Shown here: positions 28,091 to 38,924 of the stretch, piece by piece
Layout: each line of letters starts with the position of its first letter
Numbering within the stretch: position 1 is the stretch's first letter
Source of the DNA: Patescibacteria group bacterium
GTDB taxonomy: Bacteria; Patescibacteriota; Patescibacteriia; Patescibacteriales; UBA12465
Assembly: GCA_028687275.1 (NCBI GenBank)
Contig: JAQUAK010000001.1
Location: 164,213 to 228,212, forward strand
Length of the DNA stretch: 64,000 nt
Direction of reading: 5' to 3'
The notes under the pieces: generated by a model
Seen by the model: only the letters and a program-made list of their open reading frames with translations
Told to the model about the DNA's origin: nothing
The model's database searches: none
Made by a program: the position numbers and the translations under genes

Positions 28091-28945
28091 ATGAATTATT
28101 TACAAGAAATAGGACAAGGAATTTTACCCTGGGTTTTAGCTCATGGAGTCAAAGTTGTGGCTATAGTTTTAATCGCTTTTATAGCCCATCGTTTTGTGGG
28201 AGTATTAATTGATAGGTTAATTAGGAGGATGGTGGTATCAGATCGTTATTTAAGTAAGGCTTCTGAAAAAAAGAGGGAAGACACTTTAATTAGGATTTTT
28301 ACGGTATCAGCAAATCTTACCATTTGGCTCTTAGCCGCGCTGATGGTTCTACAGGAATTAGGCGTTGCTATTGGACCTTTGTTGGCCGCTGCTGGTATTG
28401 CTGGCCTGGCCTTTGGCTTTGGCGGCCAATACCTTATTCGTGATCTTATCAGTGGTTTATTTATTATTATGGAAAATCAGTATCGTATTGGTGATATTGT
28501 TTGTTTTGGTGACGCTTGTGGCGTGGTAGAAGATATTAGTTTACGTATGACCACTTTAAGAGACATGGATGGCACTGTTCATCATGTGCCTCACGGTGAG
28601 ATTAAAACTGTGTCTAACCTATCTAAGAATTTTGCTAGAGTGAATTTAAATATTGGTGTTGGCTATAGTTCTAATTTAGAACAGGTGATTATGGTGGTTA
28701 ATAAGGTTGGGTTAGAAATGGCTAGTGATGCTGATTGGAAGGATAAGATAATTAAAGCACCACAGTTTTTGCGAGTAAACGATTTTGCTGACTCAGCTAT
28801 TATTATCAAGATTTTTGGTGATACTCAGCCATCCTTGCAATGGGAAGTAACGGGTGAATTAAGGAAGAGATTAAAAATTGCTTTTGATAGAGAGGGAATT
28901 GAAATTCCTTTCCCACAAAGGGTTGTTCATCAGGCTAAGTCTTAA
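28091..28945 (+). CDS. Small-conductance mechanosensitive channel (MscS family)
   Basis: 3 TM followed by YRIGDIV...GVVEDISLRMTTLRDMDGTVHHVPHGEI. Confidence 0.85.
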   Translation: MNYLQEIGQGILPWVLAHGVKVVAIVLIAFIAHRFVGVLIDRLIRRMVVSDRYLSKASEKKREDTLIRIFTVSANLTIWLLAALMVLQELGVAIGPLLAAAGIAGLAFGFGGQYLIRDLISGLFIIMENQYRIGDIVCFGDACGVVEDISLRMTTLRDMDGTVHHVPHGEIKTVSNLSKNFARVNLNIGVGYSSNLEQVIMVVNKVGLEMASDADWKDKIIKAPQFLRVNDFADSAIIIKIFGDTQPSLQWEVTGELRKRLKIAFDREGIEIPFPQRVVHQAKS

Positions 28946-28963
28946 TTATTCTCAATTAAGCAC

Positions 28964-28990
28964 AAAAAATCACCATACTGGTGATTTTTT
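28964..28990 (+). terminator. Terminator after the mscS-like gene
   Basis: Stem aaatcacca / tggtgattt followed by a T run. Confidence 0.6.
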
Positions 28991-29006
28991 GCTATAATAT
29001 GCCTAT

Positions 29007-29675
29007 ATGGAAGTAAAAATTGAGAAAACTTGGCAGGCGAAATTATCGACTGAATTTGAGCAGGATTATTTTAAGTCGCTAAGAGAATTTGTGCGGAGTG
29101 AATATCTAACACAAATAATTTATCCTCGACCAGAGAATTTGTTTAAGGCCTTTGAGCTCTGTCCTTTTAATGAGATGAAGCTGGTTATTTTAGGGCAAGA
29201 CCCTTATCATGGACCTAAGCAGTCCCATGGTTTAGCTTTTTCAGTAGAAGCTGGTGTTAGTATTCCTCCTTCTTTGCTTAATATCTTTAAAGAGCTAAAG
29301 AACGATTTAAATATAATAAGAGACAGCGGAGGCGATTTAAGTTCTTGGGCTAAACAAGGGGTCTTATTACTAAACGCCACTTTAACGGTTAGGGCTGGTC
29401 AGGCTGGCTCTCACCAGGGTCATGGTTGGGAAACCTTTACCGACAAGGTTATCCAGATATTATCACAGCAGAAGAATAATTTGGTTTTTATCCTTTGGGG
29501 TGCTTATGCTCAGAGCAAAGCAGAATTAATTGATAGTTCTAAGCATTTAATTATAAAATCAGTGCACCCTTCACCCTTATCAGCTTATCGTGGCTTTTTT
29601 GGCTCTAAACCTTTTAGCCGGGCTAATAATTATCTTAAAGCTAATAAAATTACAGAAATTGATTGGAGTAAATAA
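29007..29675 (+). CDS. ung: Uracil-DNA glycosylase (family 1)
   Basis: GQDPYH, LLLNATLTV, HPSPLSA. Confidence 0.92.
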   Translation: MEVKIEKTWQAKLSTEFEQDYFKSLREFVRSEYLTQIIYPRPENLFKAFELCPFNEMKLVILGQDPYHGPKQSHGLAFSVEAGVSIPPSLLNIFKELKNDLNIIRDSGGDLSSWAKQGVLLLNATLTVRAGQAGSHQGHGWETFTDKVIQILSQQKNNLVFILWGAYAQSKAELIDSSKHLIIKSVHPSPLSAYRGFFGSKPFSRANNYLKANKITEIDWSK

Positions 29676-29676
29676 T

Positions 29677-30348
29677 ATGAATAAAAATTATAAATATCTT
29701 AGCGCTATTAGCGTTTTTTTTGTGGCCGTACTTTTAATCTCTAATGTGGCTTCGAGCAAAATAATTGATCTTGGCTACTTTGTTTTTGATGGGGGCACAC
29801 TCTTGTTTCCTCTAAGCTATATTTTTGGTGACATCTTAACCGAAGTTTATGGTTACCAAAAAACTAAGCAAGTTATTTGGCTGGGCTTTATTTCAGCCCT
29901 ATTGATGTCCTTAGTCTTTATCGTCGTTGGAGTTCTTCCAGCTGCTTCAGATTGGCATAATCAAGATGCCTATAACAAGATACTGGGCTTAACGCCGAGG
30001 ATAGTGATTGCTAGTCTATTAGCTTATTCGCTGGGACAGTTTTTCAATGCCTTTGTATTAGCGAAGATGAAAGTTCTAACTAAAGGGAAGTGGTTATGGC
30101 TGCGAACTATTAGTTCGACTGTGATTGGTGAGTTGGTGGATAGTTTTTTATTTATTATCATCGCCTTTTTTGGTATTTTACCCAACTCTTTGTTAATTAC
30201 CCTTATCATTTCTAATTATATTTTTAAGACAGTAATTGAAATTTTATTTACCCCCTTAACTTATAAGGCGGTGAATTTCCTTAAAAAAAGAGAGCAGGAG
30301 GATTATTTTGATAGGGAAACAAACTTTAACCCTTTTAGTGTAAAATAG
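29677..30348 (+). CDS. yhhQ: YhhQ/VUT-family queuosine-precursor transporter
   Basis: ISNVASSKI, FDGGTLLFPLSYIFGDILTEVYGY. Start at MNKNYKY, 1 nt after the ung stop. Confidence 0.8.
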   Translation: MNKNYKYLSAISVFFVAVLLISNVASSKIIDLGYFVFDGGTLLFPLSYIFGDILTEVYGYQKTKQVIWLGFISALLMSLVFIVVGVLPAASDWHNQDAYNKILGLTPRIVIASLLAYSLGQFFNAFVLAKMKVLTKGKWLWLRTISSTVIGELVDSFLFIIIAFFGILPNSLLITLIISNYIFKTVIEILFTPLTYKAVNFLKKREQEDYFDRETNFNPFSVK

Positions 30349-30452
30349 GCATTTTTGGGCTAATAAAAGTTATATTTGACAGATATATATTTTAGTGATA
30401 GTATCAGTTTATTAATATATTGTAAATTAACAAAGGCTAAAAAATAGTTGTC

Positions 30453-30974
30453 ATGGGAAAGTTATTAATTCTTTTGTTCTTACTCTGTGGTCCTCCGATT
30501 TGGGCACAGACAAGTTTCGCTAATTTAAACAGCGAAGAAGTTACCCTCATTTATGAGGGCGAAACCCTCTACGCCGCGGCTAATACCACTGTTCCTTGGT
30601 TTAATGCTCCACAGGGCGAGTTTATTGCCTATGTTTATACCAAGGCAAATTATGCCGACCTTGATTTGGTTAAGAAGATTGGTTTTGTCAGGTTTGAAAA
30701 CAAGCATGATTCCATTGCTTTTTCTAAGGAACCAGACATCCTGCCAATATACATTACTAATTTGCAAACCTGCGAGGTGGTAATTGAATACGGTCAAAAT
30801 TCCGTGTTTATTGGACCAGGAGCTACCAGCTGGCTACCAAATTACTATGTTTCACCCAGCTACTTCTCAACGGTCTTTTGGACAAGCTATTGCCAGGAAG
30901 AGCTAGCTGATGAGGTGCAATCAAAACTCATTAAGTTTAGACTGACAAAAGATGGCTTAAAAGCAGATCTATAA
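30453..30974 (+). CDS. Secreted hypothetical protein
   Basis: Signal peptide LLILLFLLCGPPIWAQT. No family recognised. Confidence 0.5.
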   Translation: MGKLLILLFLLCGPPIWAQTSFANLNSEEVTLIYEGETLYAAANTTVPWFNAPQGEFIAYVYTKANYADLDLVKKIGFVRFENKHDSIAFSKEPDILPIYITNLQTCEVVIEYGQNSVFIGPGATSWLPNYYVSPSYFSTVFWTSYCQEELADEVQSKLIKFRLTKDGLKADL

Positions 30975-31114
30975 AATTTATTACCCCGATATAATTGTAT
31001 TATTGGGGTTTTTTAAATTTTTTTACTTTGACTAGATCCTATTTTTATAGTAACGTATATGTAGGTATTTATAGTTTAATTGTATAAAATAAGATTAATT
31101 ATTAATTTAAATCT

Positions 31115-33268
31115 ATGTTTAAATTCTTTCATAAAGCTGAAGGGGCTAGCCCTAAAGAGCCTATTTCTTCTTCTAAGGAGATCTTATCAGATGAATTAAA
31201 TGATGAGGAGGCAGTGGCGGATATGGAGACGCTTCCATTAAGCAATGAAAAAGCTGAAACTGTCGGTAGTGTGCTGGATAAGTTGCATCAAGTAATGCTT
31301 ATTAAACAGGAATTGGGGACTAATCTTAGCCCAGCCGAGGTAGAACAAGTAACGGGCATGTCTTTAGAAGACTTCGCTGAGTTTTTAAATGGGGAAAAGG
31401 TAGATATCCAAACTAATGGTGGTGAATTCATGAAAACAATGCAGTCGGCTATGGATGCTACTGAAGGGGAAATGAAAGAGGGGACTTTAAGAAAATTTTC
31501 TAAAAATAAAATTGTACGTGTCGCCTTTGTTACTTTAATGCTGTTATTAAAGTTTGCTCCTCAAACACAGGGGGCGGAGGCACCAGCGAATGATAAGGAT
31601 AATAATAAGACTGAAAAATCATTTGATCAGAAAAATAATATAGAGCCTGATAATACCTATCAGCTCACTCCTGATGATTTAGACAAGGGTGATAAAAATA
31701 ATTTAAATAATAAATTAGACGCTAAAGCTTTAGAAGTACAGGTGAATGTTTTTGATAGCGGACGTGGCGCTCAATTTGACTTAACTAACTATTTTGATAC
31801 TGATTCTGATCATATTCCTGAGCAAGTTGAGGCTAAAATCAGTGCTGATTTTGATAATTTTTTAAGTCAAATCAATGCAGATAATATTGATGACATTCTT
31901 AATTCACAACTAGTGATTTATGGCTCCAGTGACGAGCGACCAACTACTAATTGGAATGGAGAGAACCATGAGTTAACGGCAGCTCGTTTAGCAGCAGCTG
32001 ATAAGACTTTAAGAGCGGCCCTACAAGGGTTTTCCTTTGATGGTATTCCAGTTGATAAGGTTGAGGCTTTAAAAGCCATGGCCTTTAAACATGAGATGCC
32101 TCATTCTACCACTGGTCCTGAGGTGGGTGTAACTTATATTACCGATAATGTTAATCCGGATAGCCCAGATGGCAGTAATTTTACTGCAGCTGAAGTAGAG
32201 GATATGAAAATTAATAATCCGGATAAGTATAAGCAGTTGTTAGATGATAATCGTAAGATTGTTTTTAAAGTGGTTGTTAATAATGAAAATAAGATTCAAC
32301 CCATGGAGCCAAAGACGGCTAAGCTTGAGGTTCCGGGAGCATCAATTGAAGACATAACTCCTCACATTGATATTGAACGTTTAGGTGAATATGAAAATGT
32401 CAGTCTATTATTCGACAATAGTCCCTCTGTTGCCTTATCCCATAATTACATGGCTGATGTAATTGCTAAACAAGATATTAAAGATGTAAAAGTTAATTTT
32501 GCTGTTTTCTCTGATGAGAAGGGTAAATCAACGCTGTATAATGATGCAGAGGAATTAGCTTCTGCTATTAAAGATATTAAACATGACGGGAGCCAGTATG
32601 AGAATGCCGTTAGCTCGGCTATCGATGCTATTAATGAATTGCCAGGCGATCAGAAAAATGCTGTCTTTATTATCACTGATGAACGCCTGCAAGATGTCAG
32701 TGGCAAGAGTTTAAGTGAATTAGAAAAAGCTGCGGGAGAGCATAACGCTGATGTCTTTTTCTATTATGCTGATAGCAAGGGCACAGTTCTGCAAATTTCT
32801 ATAGATGATATGAAGGCTGCCTATGAAAAATCTGTCTATAATATGATGGCCCCAAAAATAGCCTCAGAATTAAGTTTGCAGGAAAATAAAGTGGCGGCTT
32901 TAGAGAAAATATTAGGTCAACATGAAGACAAGCTCACTAAATTGGAAAAACTAGCGCAAAAAGGATCAAGTGAGACTTATCAGAAAAATTACCAGGCAGC
33001 TCAAGAGAGGGCTTTGGCGCTTAAGTCAGATATTGATCAAAATAAGAGTGAATTAGAAACATTAAGGTCTACCTGGGAGGATAAATCTTTCAATGATATG
33101 ATTGCTAGTGATGTTATCAAAGGTATGTTTGATGGCAAAAATGGACACCTTAAAATTGATAAGAACTTTGTTGCCCCTATTAATGGCAAAAATATGGGTC
33201 TTAAGTCGATGCAGATGTTTGGTGATCGTGACGCTGACCTTTTAGCACAAAATAAACAGGCTAGATAA
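31115..33268 (+). CDS. Single-pass membrane protein with OmpA/MotB-like, vWA and C-terminal coiled-coil regions
   Basis: TM VAFVTLMLLL. IYGSSDERPTT..NHELTAARLAAA is OmpA-like. MIDAS-like DNSPS and VFIITDE. Heptad-rich tail. Confidence 0.55.
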   Translation: MFKFFHKAEGASPKEPISSSKEILSDELNDEEAVADMETLPLSNEKAETVGSVLDKLHQVMLIKQELGTNLSPAEVEQVTGMSLEDFAEFLNGEKVDIQTNGGEFMKTMQSAMDATEGEMKEGTLRKFSKNKIVRVAFVTLMLLLKFAPQTQGAEAPANDKDNNKTEKSFDQKNNIEPDNTYQLTPDDLDKGDKNNLNNKLDAKALEVQVNVFDSGRGAQFDLTNYFDTDSDHIPEQVEAKISADFDNFLSQINADNIDDILNSQLVIYGSSDERPTTNWNGENHELTAARLAAADKTLRAALQGFSFDGIPVDKVEALKAMAFKHEMPHSTTGPEVGVTYITDNVNPDSPDGSNFTAAEVEDMKINNPDKYKQLLDDNRKIVFKVVVNNENKIQPMEPKTAKLEVPGASIEDITPHIDIERLGEYENVSLLFDNSPSVALSHNYMADVIAKQDIKDVKVNFAVFSDEKGKSTLYNDAEELASAIKDIKHDGSQYENAVSSAIDAINELPGDQKNAVFIITDERLQDVSGKSLSELEKAAGEHNADVFFYYADSKGTVLQISIDDMKAAYEKSVYNMMAPKIASELSLQENKVAALEKILGQHEDKLTKLEKLAQKGSSETYQKNYQAAQERALALKSDIDQNKSELETLRSTWEDKSFNDMIASDVIKGMFDGKNGHLKIDKNFVAPINGKNMGLKSMQMFGDRDADLLAQNKQAR

Positions 33269-33344
33269 TATAAATTCATAACTTTGTGGATGTTTTTGCT
33301 TAGATTTGACTATTTCTGAAAAAGCGGTTATTATCAGACGGTAG

Positions 33345-33376
33345 GCAAAATTACGCCGAGGGCGTAATTTTTGCTT
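33345..33376 (+). terminator. Hairpin plus T run between the 717-aa gene and typA
   Basis: gcaaaattacgcc-gag-ggcgtaatttttgc. Confidence 0.55.
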
Positions 33377-33430
33377 TCATTAATCAAAATCAGACTTTTG
33401 CCTTAGCGGAAGACTTAAATAAATTTAAAT

Positions 33431-35227
33431 ATGGAAATTAGAAATATTGCTATTATTGCTCACGTTGATCACGGTAAAACTACTTTAACCGATGCTTTGA
33501 TGCGCCAAACTGGTATGTCTAGTGATGAAGTTAGTATGGATAGTAATGCTTTAGAGCAAGAGCGTGGTATTACCATTTATTCAAAAAATACTTCTGTTTT
33601 TTATAAAGACACTAAGATTAACATTGTTGATACCCCCGGTCACGCTGATTTCAGTTCCGAAGTTGAGCGTATTTTGCGTTCCATTGACTGCGTATTATTG
33701 TTAGTTGATGCTCAAGAAGGACCGATGCCACAAACTAAGTTTGTTTTAAAAAAATCTTTAGAGCTAGGCTTAAAGCCAATTGTGGTGATTAATAAGATTG
33801 ATAAGCCAGCGGCTCAACCAGCGGAGGTAGTGGAAATGGTTTACGAATTATTTTTAGATTTAGGCGCCAGTGATGAACAGCTTGATTTTCCAGTAATTTA
33901 TGCCGCCTCTAAGCAGGGCTTTGCTAAGAAAGAGTTAAGTGATGAGTCAGATAATTTAGATCCTTTGTTAGAGATGATTATGGAGCATGTGACCCCAGCT
34001 TCGTCCCCAGAGGCCAGTGAGCTGCCTTTACTCGCACAACCATTTAACTTAGCTTATGATAATTTTTTAGGTCGTTGTGCTATTTGTCGTATTTATCAGG
34101 GCAAGATTAAATCGGCTCAGAATGTGTTTGTTGAAACTTTAGATGGTGAAACTCGTGCTCGTAAAATAACCAAGTTATTTACCTTTAAAGGTATTGGTCG
34201 GGAAGAAGTCCAAGAAGCGGAGGCGGGCGATATCGTGATGGTGGCTGGTTTGCCTAACATCTATATTGGCGAAACTATTGGTGAGAATGCAGACCAAGCA
34301 GCTTTGCCCGCTATTAAGATTGATGAGCCAACTATTTCTTTAAATTTCTTAGTTAATAATTCACCTTTTGCTGGTAAGGAAGGGAAGTTTGTAACCAATC
34401 GTCAGTTAAAAGAACGTTTAGAAAAGGAATTAGAAATTAACGTTGGTTTAAAGATTGATTTTTCGGAAACTAGCTTCTATCGTGTTTTTGGACGTGGTGA
34501 ATTACACGTGGCTATTTTATTAGAGAACTTACGCCGAGAGGGCTATGAACTACAGGTTTCTCAACCCCAAGTAATTATTAAAGATATAGATGGGGTTAAA
34601 TCAGAGCCTTTTGAAGAAGTTACCATTGACATTCCAGAAGCTCTATCAGGTGTAGTGATTGAAAAGATGTCTAAGCGTAAAGGCAGAATGAATGACTTTA
34701 AAACAGAGAATGGACAATCACGTATTATTTTTGATATTCCCACCCGTGGACTTTTAGGTTACCGCAATGAATTTGTGGTTGATACTAAGGGAGAGGGCAT
34801 TCTATGTGCTCAGTTATCTGGTTTTCAACCATACGCTGGTGAAATTGAGAAAAACGAACTTGGTTCCATGGTTTCTATGATTGCTGGTAAAGCCCTAGCC
34901 TTCGCTCTGTGGAATTTACAGGAACGTGGTGTTTTATACATCAGCCCTAATACTCAAGTCTATGAGGGTATGGTGATTGGCAATGTCGCTAAGGGGAACG
35001 ACTTAACCGTTAATCCAATTAAGGGGAAGCAATTAACTAATGTGCGTGCTTCTGGCTCTGATGAAGCAATTCAATTAATTCCACCAATGCCCTTAACTAT
35101 TGAAACCGGTTTAGGGATGATGAATGGTGATGAATATTTAGAAATAACTCCAGAAAATATCCGTTTACGTAAGCAGTTTTTAACTGAAATTGATCGTCAA
35201 CGAGCCAAAAGGGCAGAAGCGAAGTAA
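33431..35227 (+). CDS. typA: Translational GTPase TypA/BipA
   Basis: [25 protein letters not shown]. 598 aa. Confidence 0.95.
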   Translation: MEIRNIAIIAHVDHGKTTLTDALMRQTGMSSDEVSMDSNALEQERGITIYSKNTSVFYKDTKINIVDTPGHADFSSEVERILRSIDCVLLLVDAQEGPMPQTKFVLKKSLELGLKPIVVINKIDKPAAQPAEVVEMVYELFLDLGASDEQLDFPVIYAASKQGFAKKELSDESDNLDPLLEMIMEHVTPASSPEASELPLLAQPFNLAYDNFLGRCAICRIYQGKIKSAQNVFVETLDGETRARKITKLFTFKGIGREEVQEAEAGDIVMVAGLPNIYIGETIGENADQAALPAIKIDEPTISLNFLVNNSPFAGKEGKFVTNRQLKERLEKELEINVGLKIDFSETSFYRVFGRGELHVAILLENLRREGYELQVSQPQVIIKDIDGVKSEPFEEVTIDIPEALSGVVIEKMSKRKGRMNDFKTENGQSRIIFDIPTRGLLGYRNEFVVDTKGEGILCAQLSGFQPYAGEIEKNELGSMVSMIAGKALAFALWNLQERGVLYISPNTQVYEGMVIGNVAKGNDLTVNPIKGKQLTNVRASGSDEAIQLIPPMPLTIETGLGMMNGDEYLEITPENIRLRKQFLTEIDRQRAKRAEAK

Positions 35228-35245
35228 TTAAAAGAGAGGATATAT

Positions 35246-35274
35246 AAAAACAAGCCGGAAACGGCTTGTTTTTG
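35246..35274 (+). terminator. typA terminator
   Basis: acaagccg-gaaa-cggcttgt followed by a T run. Confidence 0.7.
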
Positions 35275-35330
35275 CTTTTATTGGTTAAAAAATTATTCAT
35301 AAATGATGTATATTTACAAATATAAATTAG

Positions 35331-35387
35331 ACTATTCTAAATTGAAATTTAGAATAGTATTGACTTTTCTGAATTATAGTTTATAAT
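35331..35387 (+). promoter_or_regulatory. Perfect 13-bp inverted repeat abutting a TTGACT-16-TATAAT promoter for the AAA ATPase gene
   Basis: actattctaaatt-ga-aatttagaatagt (35331-35358), TTGACT at 35360-35365, TATAAT at 35382-35387. Confidence 0.5.
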
Positions 35388-35395
35388 AGTCATAT

Positions 35396-36517
35396 ATGAA
35401 TCGACAACAAAAAACACAAATAATCAAAGACTTAGATAAAAAGATTGTCTTTTTAGTCGGACCAAGACAAGTTGGCAAGACTTGGTTGGCTAAAACAATT
35501 GGCAGAGAATTTTCTAAAACCGTTTATTTAAATTACGACAGTCTAGAAGATCAAGTTATTATTAAGAAAGAGCAATGGCTGGAAAATACTGAGTTATTAA
35601 TTCTTGATGAATTACATAAGATGAAGGGCTGGAAAAACTATTTAAAAGGCATTTTTGACACTAAGCCAGAGAGTTTAAAAATATTAGTTACTGGTAGCGC
35701 TCGCTTAGATATTTTTAGACAAGCGGGCGATTCGCTGGCGGGTAGATTTTTTGTGCATCACTTGCTACCTTTATCTCTCAAGGAAATTAAATATGAGCAA
35801 GAGCAGCCCGATTTGAATCGTTTACTGCAGAGAGGTGGCTTTCCCGAACCATTTTTAGCAACTGATGATACGGAGGCCGATAGATGGCGCTCTCAGTATA
35901 TAGATAGCTTGATTCGGACAGATGTGCTTGATTTTGAAAAAATAAACGATTACAAAGCTATTAAAATGGTTTTTGAATTGTTAAGGCGAAAAGTTGCCTC
36001 ACCAATTTCTTATGCATCAATTGCAGAAGATGTTGGCGTTTCATCGGTAACGGTTAAAAAATATATTAATATATTGGAGTCATTGTTTATTGTTTTTAAG
36101 GTTACTCCATTCTCAAAAAAAATTGCTAGATCAATATTAAAAGAACCAAAAATATATTTTTATGATAATGGTTTAGTAGTCGGAGATGAAGGCGTGCGCT
36201 TTGAAAATTTGGTCGCTAATTCATTACTAAAATCAATTTCGGGGAGAAATGATAGCTTAGGATTAAACGAGCAGTTGCATTATTTAAGAACAAAAAATGG
36301 GCACGAGGTTGATTTTGCTATTTCTGCTAACAATAACTTGGTGGAGATACAGGAAGTTAAGTTGTCTAAGGGTGATTTGAGCAAGAATCTGAGTTATTTT
36401 TCTACAAAATATAGTGTAAAAGCTAAGCAGGTTGTAAAGGAATTAAAAAGAGAAAAGCATTTGGGAGATATTGATATTGTAAAAGCTCAAAATTATTTGG
36501 AAGAATTATTTATCTAA
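35396..36517 (+). CDS. AAA+ ATPase of the AAA_14/DUF4143 type
   Basis: Walker A GPRQVGKT, Walker B LILDELH, C-terminal wHTH/DUF4143-like region. Confidence 0.8.
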   Translation: MNRQQKTQIIKDLDKKIVFLVGPRQVGKTWLAKTIGREFSKTVYLNYDSLEDQVIIKKEQWLENTELLILDELHKMKGWKNYLKGIFDTKPESLKILVTGSARLDIFRQAGDSLAGRFFVHHLLPLSLKEIKYEQEQPDLNRLLQRGGFPEPFLATDDTEADRWRSQYIDSLIRTDVLDFEKINDYKAIKMVFELLRRKVASPISYASIAEDVGVSSVTVKKYINILESLFIVFKVTPFSKKIARSILKEPKIYFYDNGLVVGDEGVRFENLVANSLLKSISGRNDSLGLNEQLHYLRTKNGHEVDFAISANNNLVEIQEVKLSKGDLSKNLSYFSTKYSVKAKQVVKELKREKHLGDIDIVKAQNYLEELFI

Positions 36518-36742
36518 CTGGTTCTATAAATTATTTATACATTTAGACTGAGGTTTCAAATCATCATATTTTAGACTAATTTAGGACTAATTATTGTACC
36601 AATTAATACTAAAATATTATCTTATATTAATCAAAAAATAGTAATAGTAGTAAATAAATATTGTAAAAAAATGATAAAAAAAGAGCCTACTTCTTAATAT
36701 GTTATAATAGGTGGTGTAGACTGTGTAATAACCTTAATTGCT

Positions 36743-38059
36743 ATGCTTAATCGTCTGTTTTTACAGATTCAAAAAATTACTCCTGCTAAATATCAGTGGA
36801 TATTAGAACACGACGGTTTCCGTCGTTATTTTGCTAATACCGGCTGGATGTTCTTTGGTCAGATGTTTTCTCTTTTGGTGTCTTTTTTTATTGGTGCTTG
36901 GCTCGCTCGTTATTTGGGTCCGGAGAATTATGGAGTTTTGAGTTATGCGGTTGCTTTTGTAGGTTTGTTTGCTTTTATGGCTGATCTGGGAGCGGGAGGG
37001 ATTTTAAGTCGTGAGTTGGTTAAATTTCCTGAGAAGAGAGATGAATTAATGGGTACGGTCTTTAGGATGAAACTTATTGGCGGGGCCTTGGCTATGATTT
37101 TAGCTACAGGAGCGGCGATAATTATAGACATGAATCCTTTGACCCGCTTACTCATCATTGTATTTTCAGTCTCCTCTATTTTACAGGTTTTAAATGTTAT
37201 CAGTATTTATTTCCAGGCGAAGGTAGAAGCTAAGAATAATGTTAGAGCACAGGTAATGGCAACAATCATTTCTTCAATTCTAAAAGTGGCGGTTATTTTA
37301 AGCGGGAAGGGAGTTATTTGGATTATTGTCATCTTTCTATTAGATACTGTTTGGCAAGGTCTGGGGTTTTTATCTGCCTATCTTCGTGAGGGTTTAAAGA
37401 TTAGCGCTTGGCGCTTTAAAAGCTCTTTAGCGCGGACGATTTGGAAAAGTTCCTGGCCCTTAATGCTCGCCTCAGCTGCCGGTTTCATATATCTTAGAAT
37501 TGACCAAGTTATGATTGGTCAAATGTTCAGTAATTATGAAGTTGGTTTATATGCGGCCGCCGTTAAGTTAGTTGAGGTTTGGTATTTTATTCCCGGAATC
37601 ATTGCCGCTTCATTATTCCCGGCTATAGTAAACGCCAAAAAAACTGGAATAGCAGTCTACCGCCAGCGTTTAAAAAATTATTATATATTAATGGCAGTAA
37701 TTTCCGTTTTAATCGCTCTGCCGATTTCTTTATTAGCTCACCCTTTAGTATATTGGTTGTTTGGAGTTAAATTTTTAGCCTCTGTGCCTGTTTTGCAGGT
37801 TTATATATGGTCAAGCTTGGGCTTGTTCTTGGGCTGGGCTGTTAATCAGTATTTAATGGCCGAGGATAGGGTTAAGACTATCTTTGTTATTAATATTTTT
37901 GCTATGATAGTTAATATAGGGCTTAATTTGATACTTATTCCTTTATTTGGTCTAACTGGTGCCGCTTGGGCAACGCTGATATCTTATTTAGTGCTCCCTC
38001 TCGGGGCGTGGATCGCGGAAAAGAGAAGACATAAAATAGTAAATGGTAAAAAAATATAA
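36743..38059 (+). CDS. MOP/Wzx-type polysaccharide flippase
   Basis: 438 aa, about 12 TM, polysaccharide-biosynthesis-protein-like. Confidence 0.8.
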   Translation: MLNRLFLQIQKITPAKYQWILEHDGFRRYFANTGWMFFGQMFSLLVSFFIGAWLARYLGPENYGVLSYAVAFVGLFAFMADLGAGGILSRELVKFPEKRDELMGTVFRMKLIGGALAMILATGAAIIIDMNPLTRLLIIVFSVSSILQVLNVISIYFQAKVEAKNNVRAQVMATIISSILKVAVILSGKGVIWIIVIFLLDTVWQGLGFLSAYLREGLKISAWRFKSSLARTIWKSSWPLMLASAAGFIYLRIDQVMIGQMFSNYEVGLYAAAVKLVEVWYFIPGIIAASLFPAIVNAKKTGIAVYRQRLKNYYILMAVISVLIALPISLLAHPLVYWLFGVKFLASVPVLQVYIWSSLGLFLGWAVNQYLMAEDRVKTIFVINIFAMIVNIGLNLILIPLFGLTGAAWATLISYLVLPLGAWIAEKRRHKIVNGKKI

Positions 38060-38227
38060 ATTAATAATTACTTTTATATTGAATACCCAACATCACCTAA
38101 GATATTAAAGGTTATAATTACTGGTTGTATAAAAAGACGTTGAATAAAAATAGACAATAAACCAATTTAACTTTGGTAAGAATAAAATTTAGAATTTAAT
38201 GATTGTGGCTTTCTAGTATATTATTTT

Positions 38228-38920
38228 ATGAAAACAAAACAAAAAATTGTAGATGATTTCATTTATATAAAATTTAGACGACACACGGCTTCTATATATT
38301 TTATACGTAAATCAATTTTTACTGCATTAAAAGATAATATTAAATATTTGAAAGGAAAATTGTTAGACATTGGTTGCGGCAAGATGCCGTATAAAAATTA
38401 TATTCTTGATAATAGCGAAGTAACTACCTATTTAGGCATAGACATAGACACCGCAATAGTTTACGACTCAAATGTAAAGCCCGATATTATTTGGGATGGC
38501 AAAAATATCCCTGAGGGTAGTAATTGTTTTGATAGTATATTGGCAACAGAGGTTTTAGAGCATTGCCCCGAGCCAGAGGTTATTTTTAAAGAAGCTTTCC
38601 GTGTTTTAAGGGATGGTGGCGTGATGTTTATAACAACACCATTTGTATTTCCTTTGCACGAATCGCCTCATGATGAGTATAGGCTCACTCCTTATTCTAT
38701 AGAAAGAATGGCCAAAAATAGCGGATTTAAACATGTCGATATATTTCCATTAGGGGGTGTAAACGCAGTGTTGGCTCAAGTAATTTTTTCTTATAAAAAT
38801 AAATATATTAAATTATTCCTCATACCACTTATATATTTATTGATTAAATTTGATAAAAAAACAGAAATTTTTAAAGATGGCGTTTTGTTTACCGGAATAT
38901 GCGCTATATTAAAAAAATAA
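38228..38920 (+). CDS. Class I SAM-dependent methyltransferase
   Basis: LLDIGCGKMP motif I and a VLEHC..GGVMFI block. Confidence 0.75.
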   Translation: MKTKQKIVDDFIYIKFRRHTASIYFIRKSIFTALKDNIKYLKGKLLDIGCGKMPYKNYILDNSEVTTYLGIDIDTAIVYDSNVKPDIIWDGKNIPEGSNCFDSILATEVLEHCPEPEVIFKEAFRVLRDGGVMFITTPFVFPLHESPHDEYRLTPYSIERMAKNSGFKHVDIFPLGGVNAVLAQVIFSYKNKYIKLFLIPLIYLLIKFDKKTEIFKDGVLFTGICAILKK

Positions 38921-38924
38921 TTTT

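Noticed and set aside
33306-33430. Transcription attenuator or leader upstream of typA (a TTGACT-17-TATTAT promoter-like site followed by a hairpin plus T run, and a downstream TTTTGCC able to pair with GGCAAAA)
   Set aside because: The hairpin lies only about 80 nt after the stop of the upstream 717-aa gene and is explained more simply as that gene's terminator. The alternative pairing is only 7 nt.
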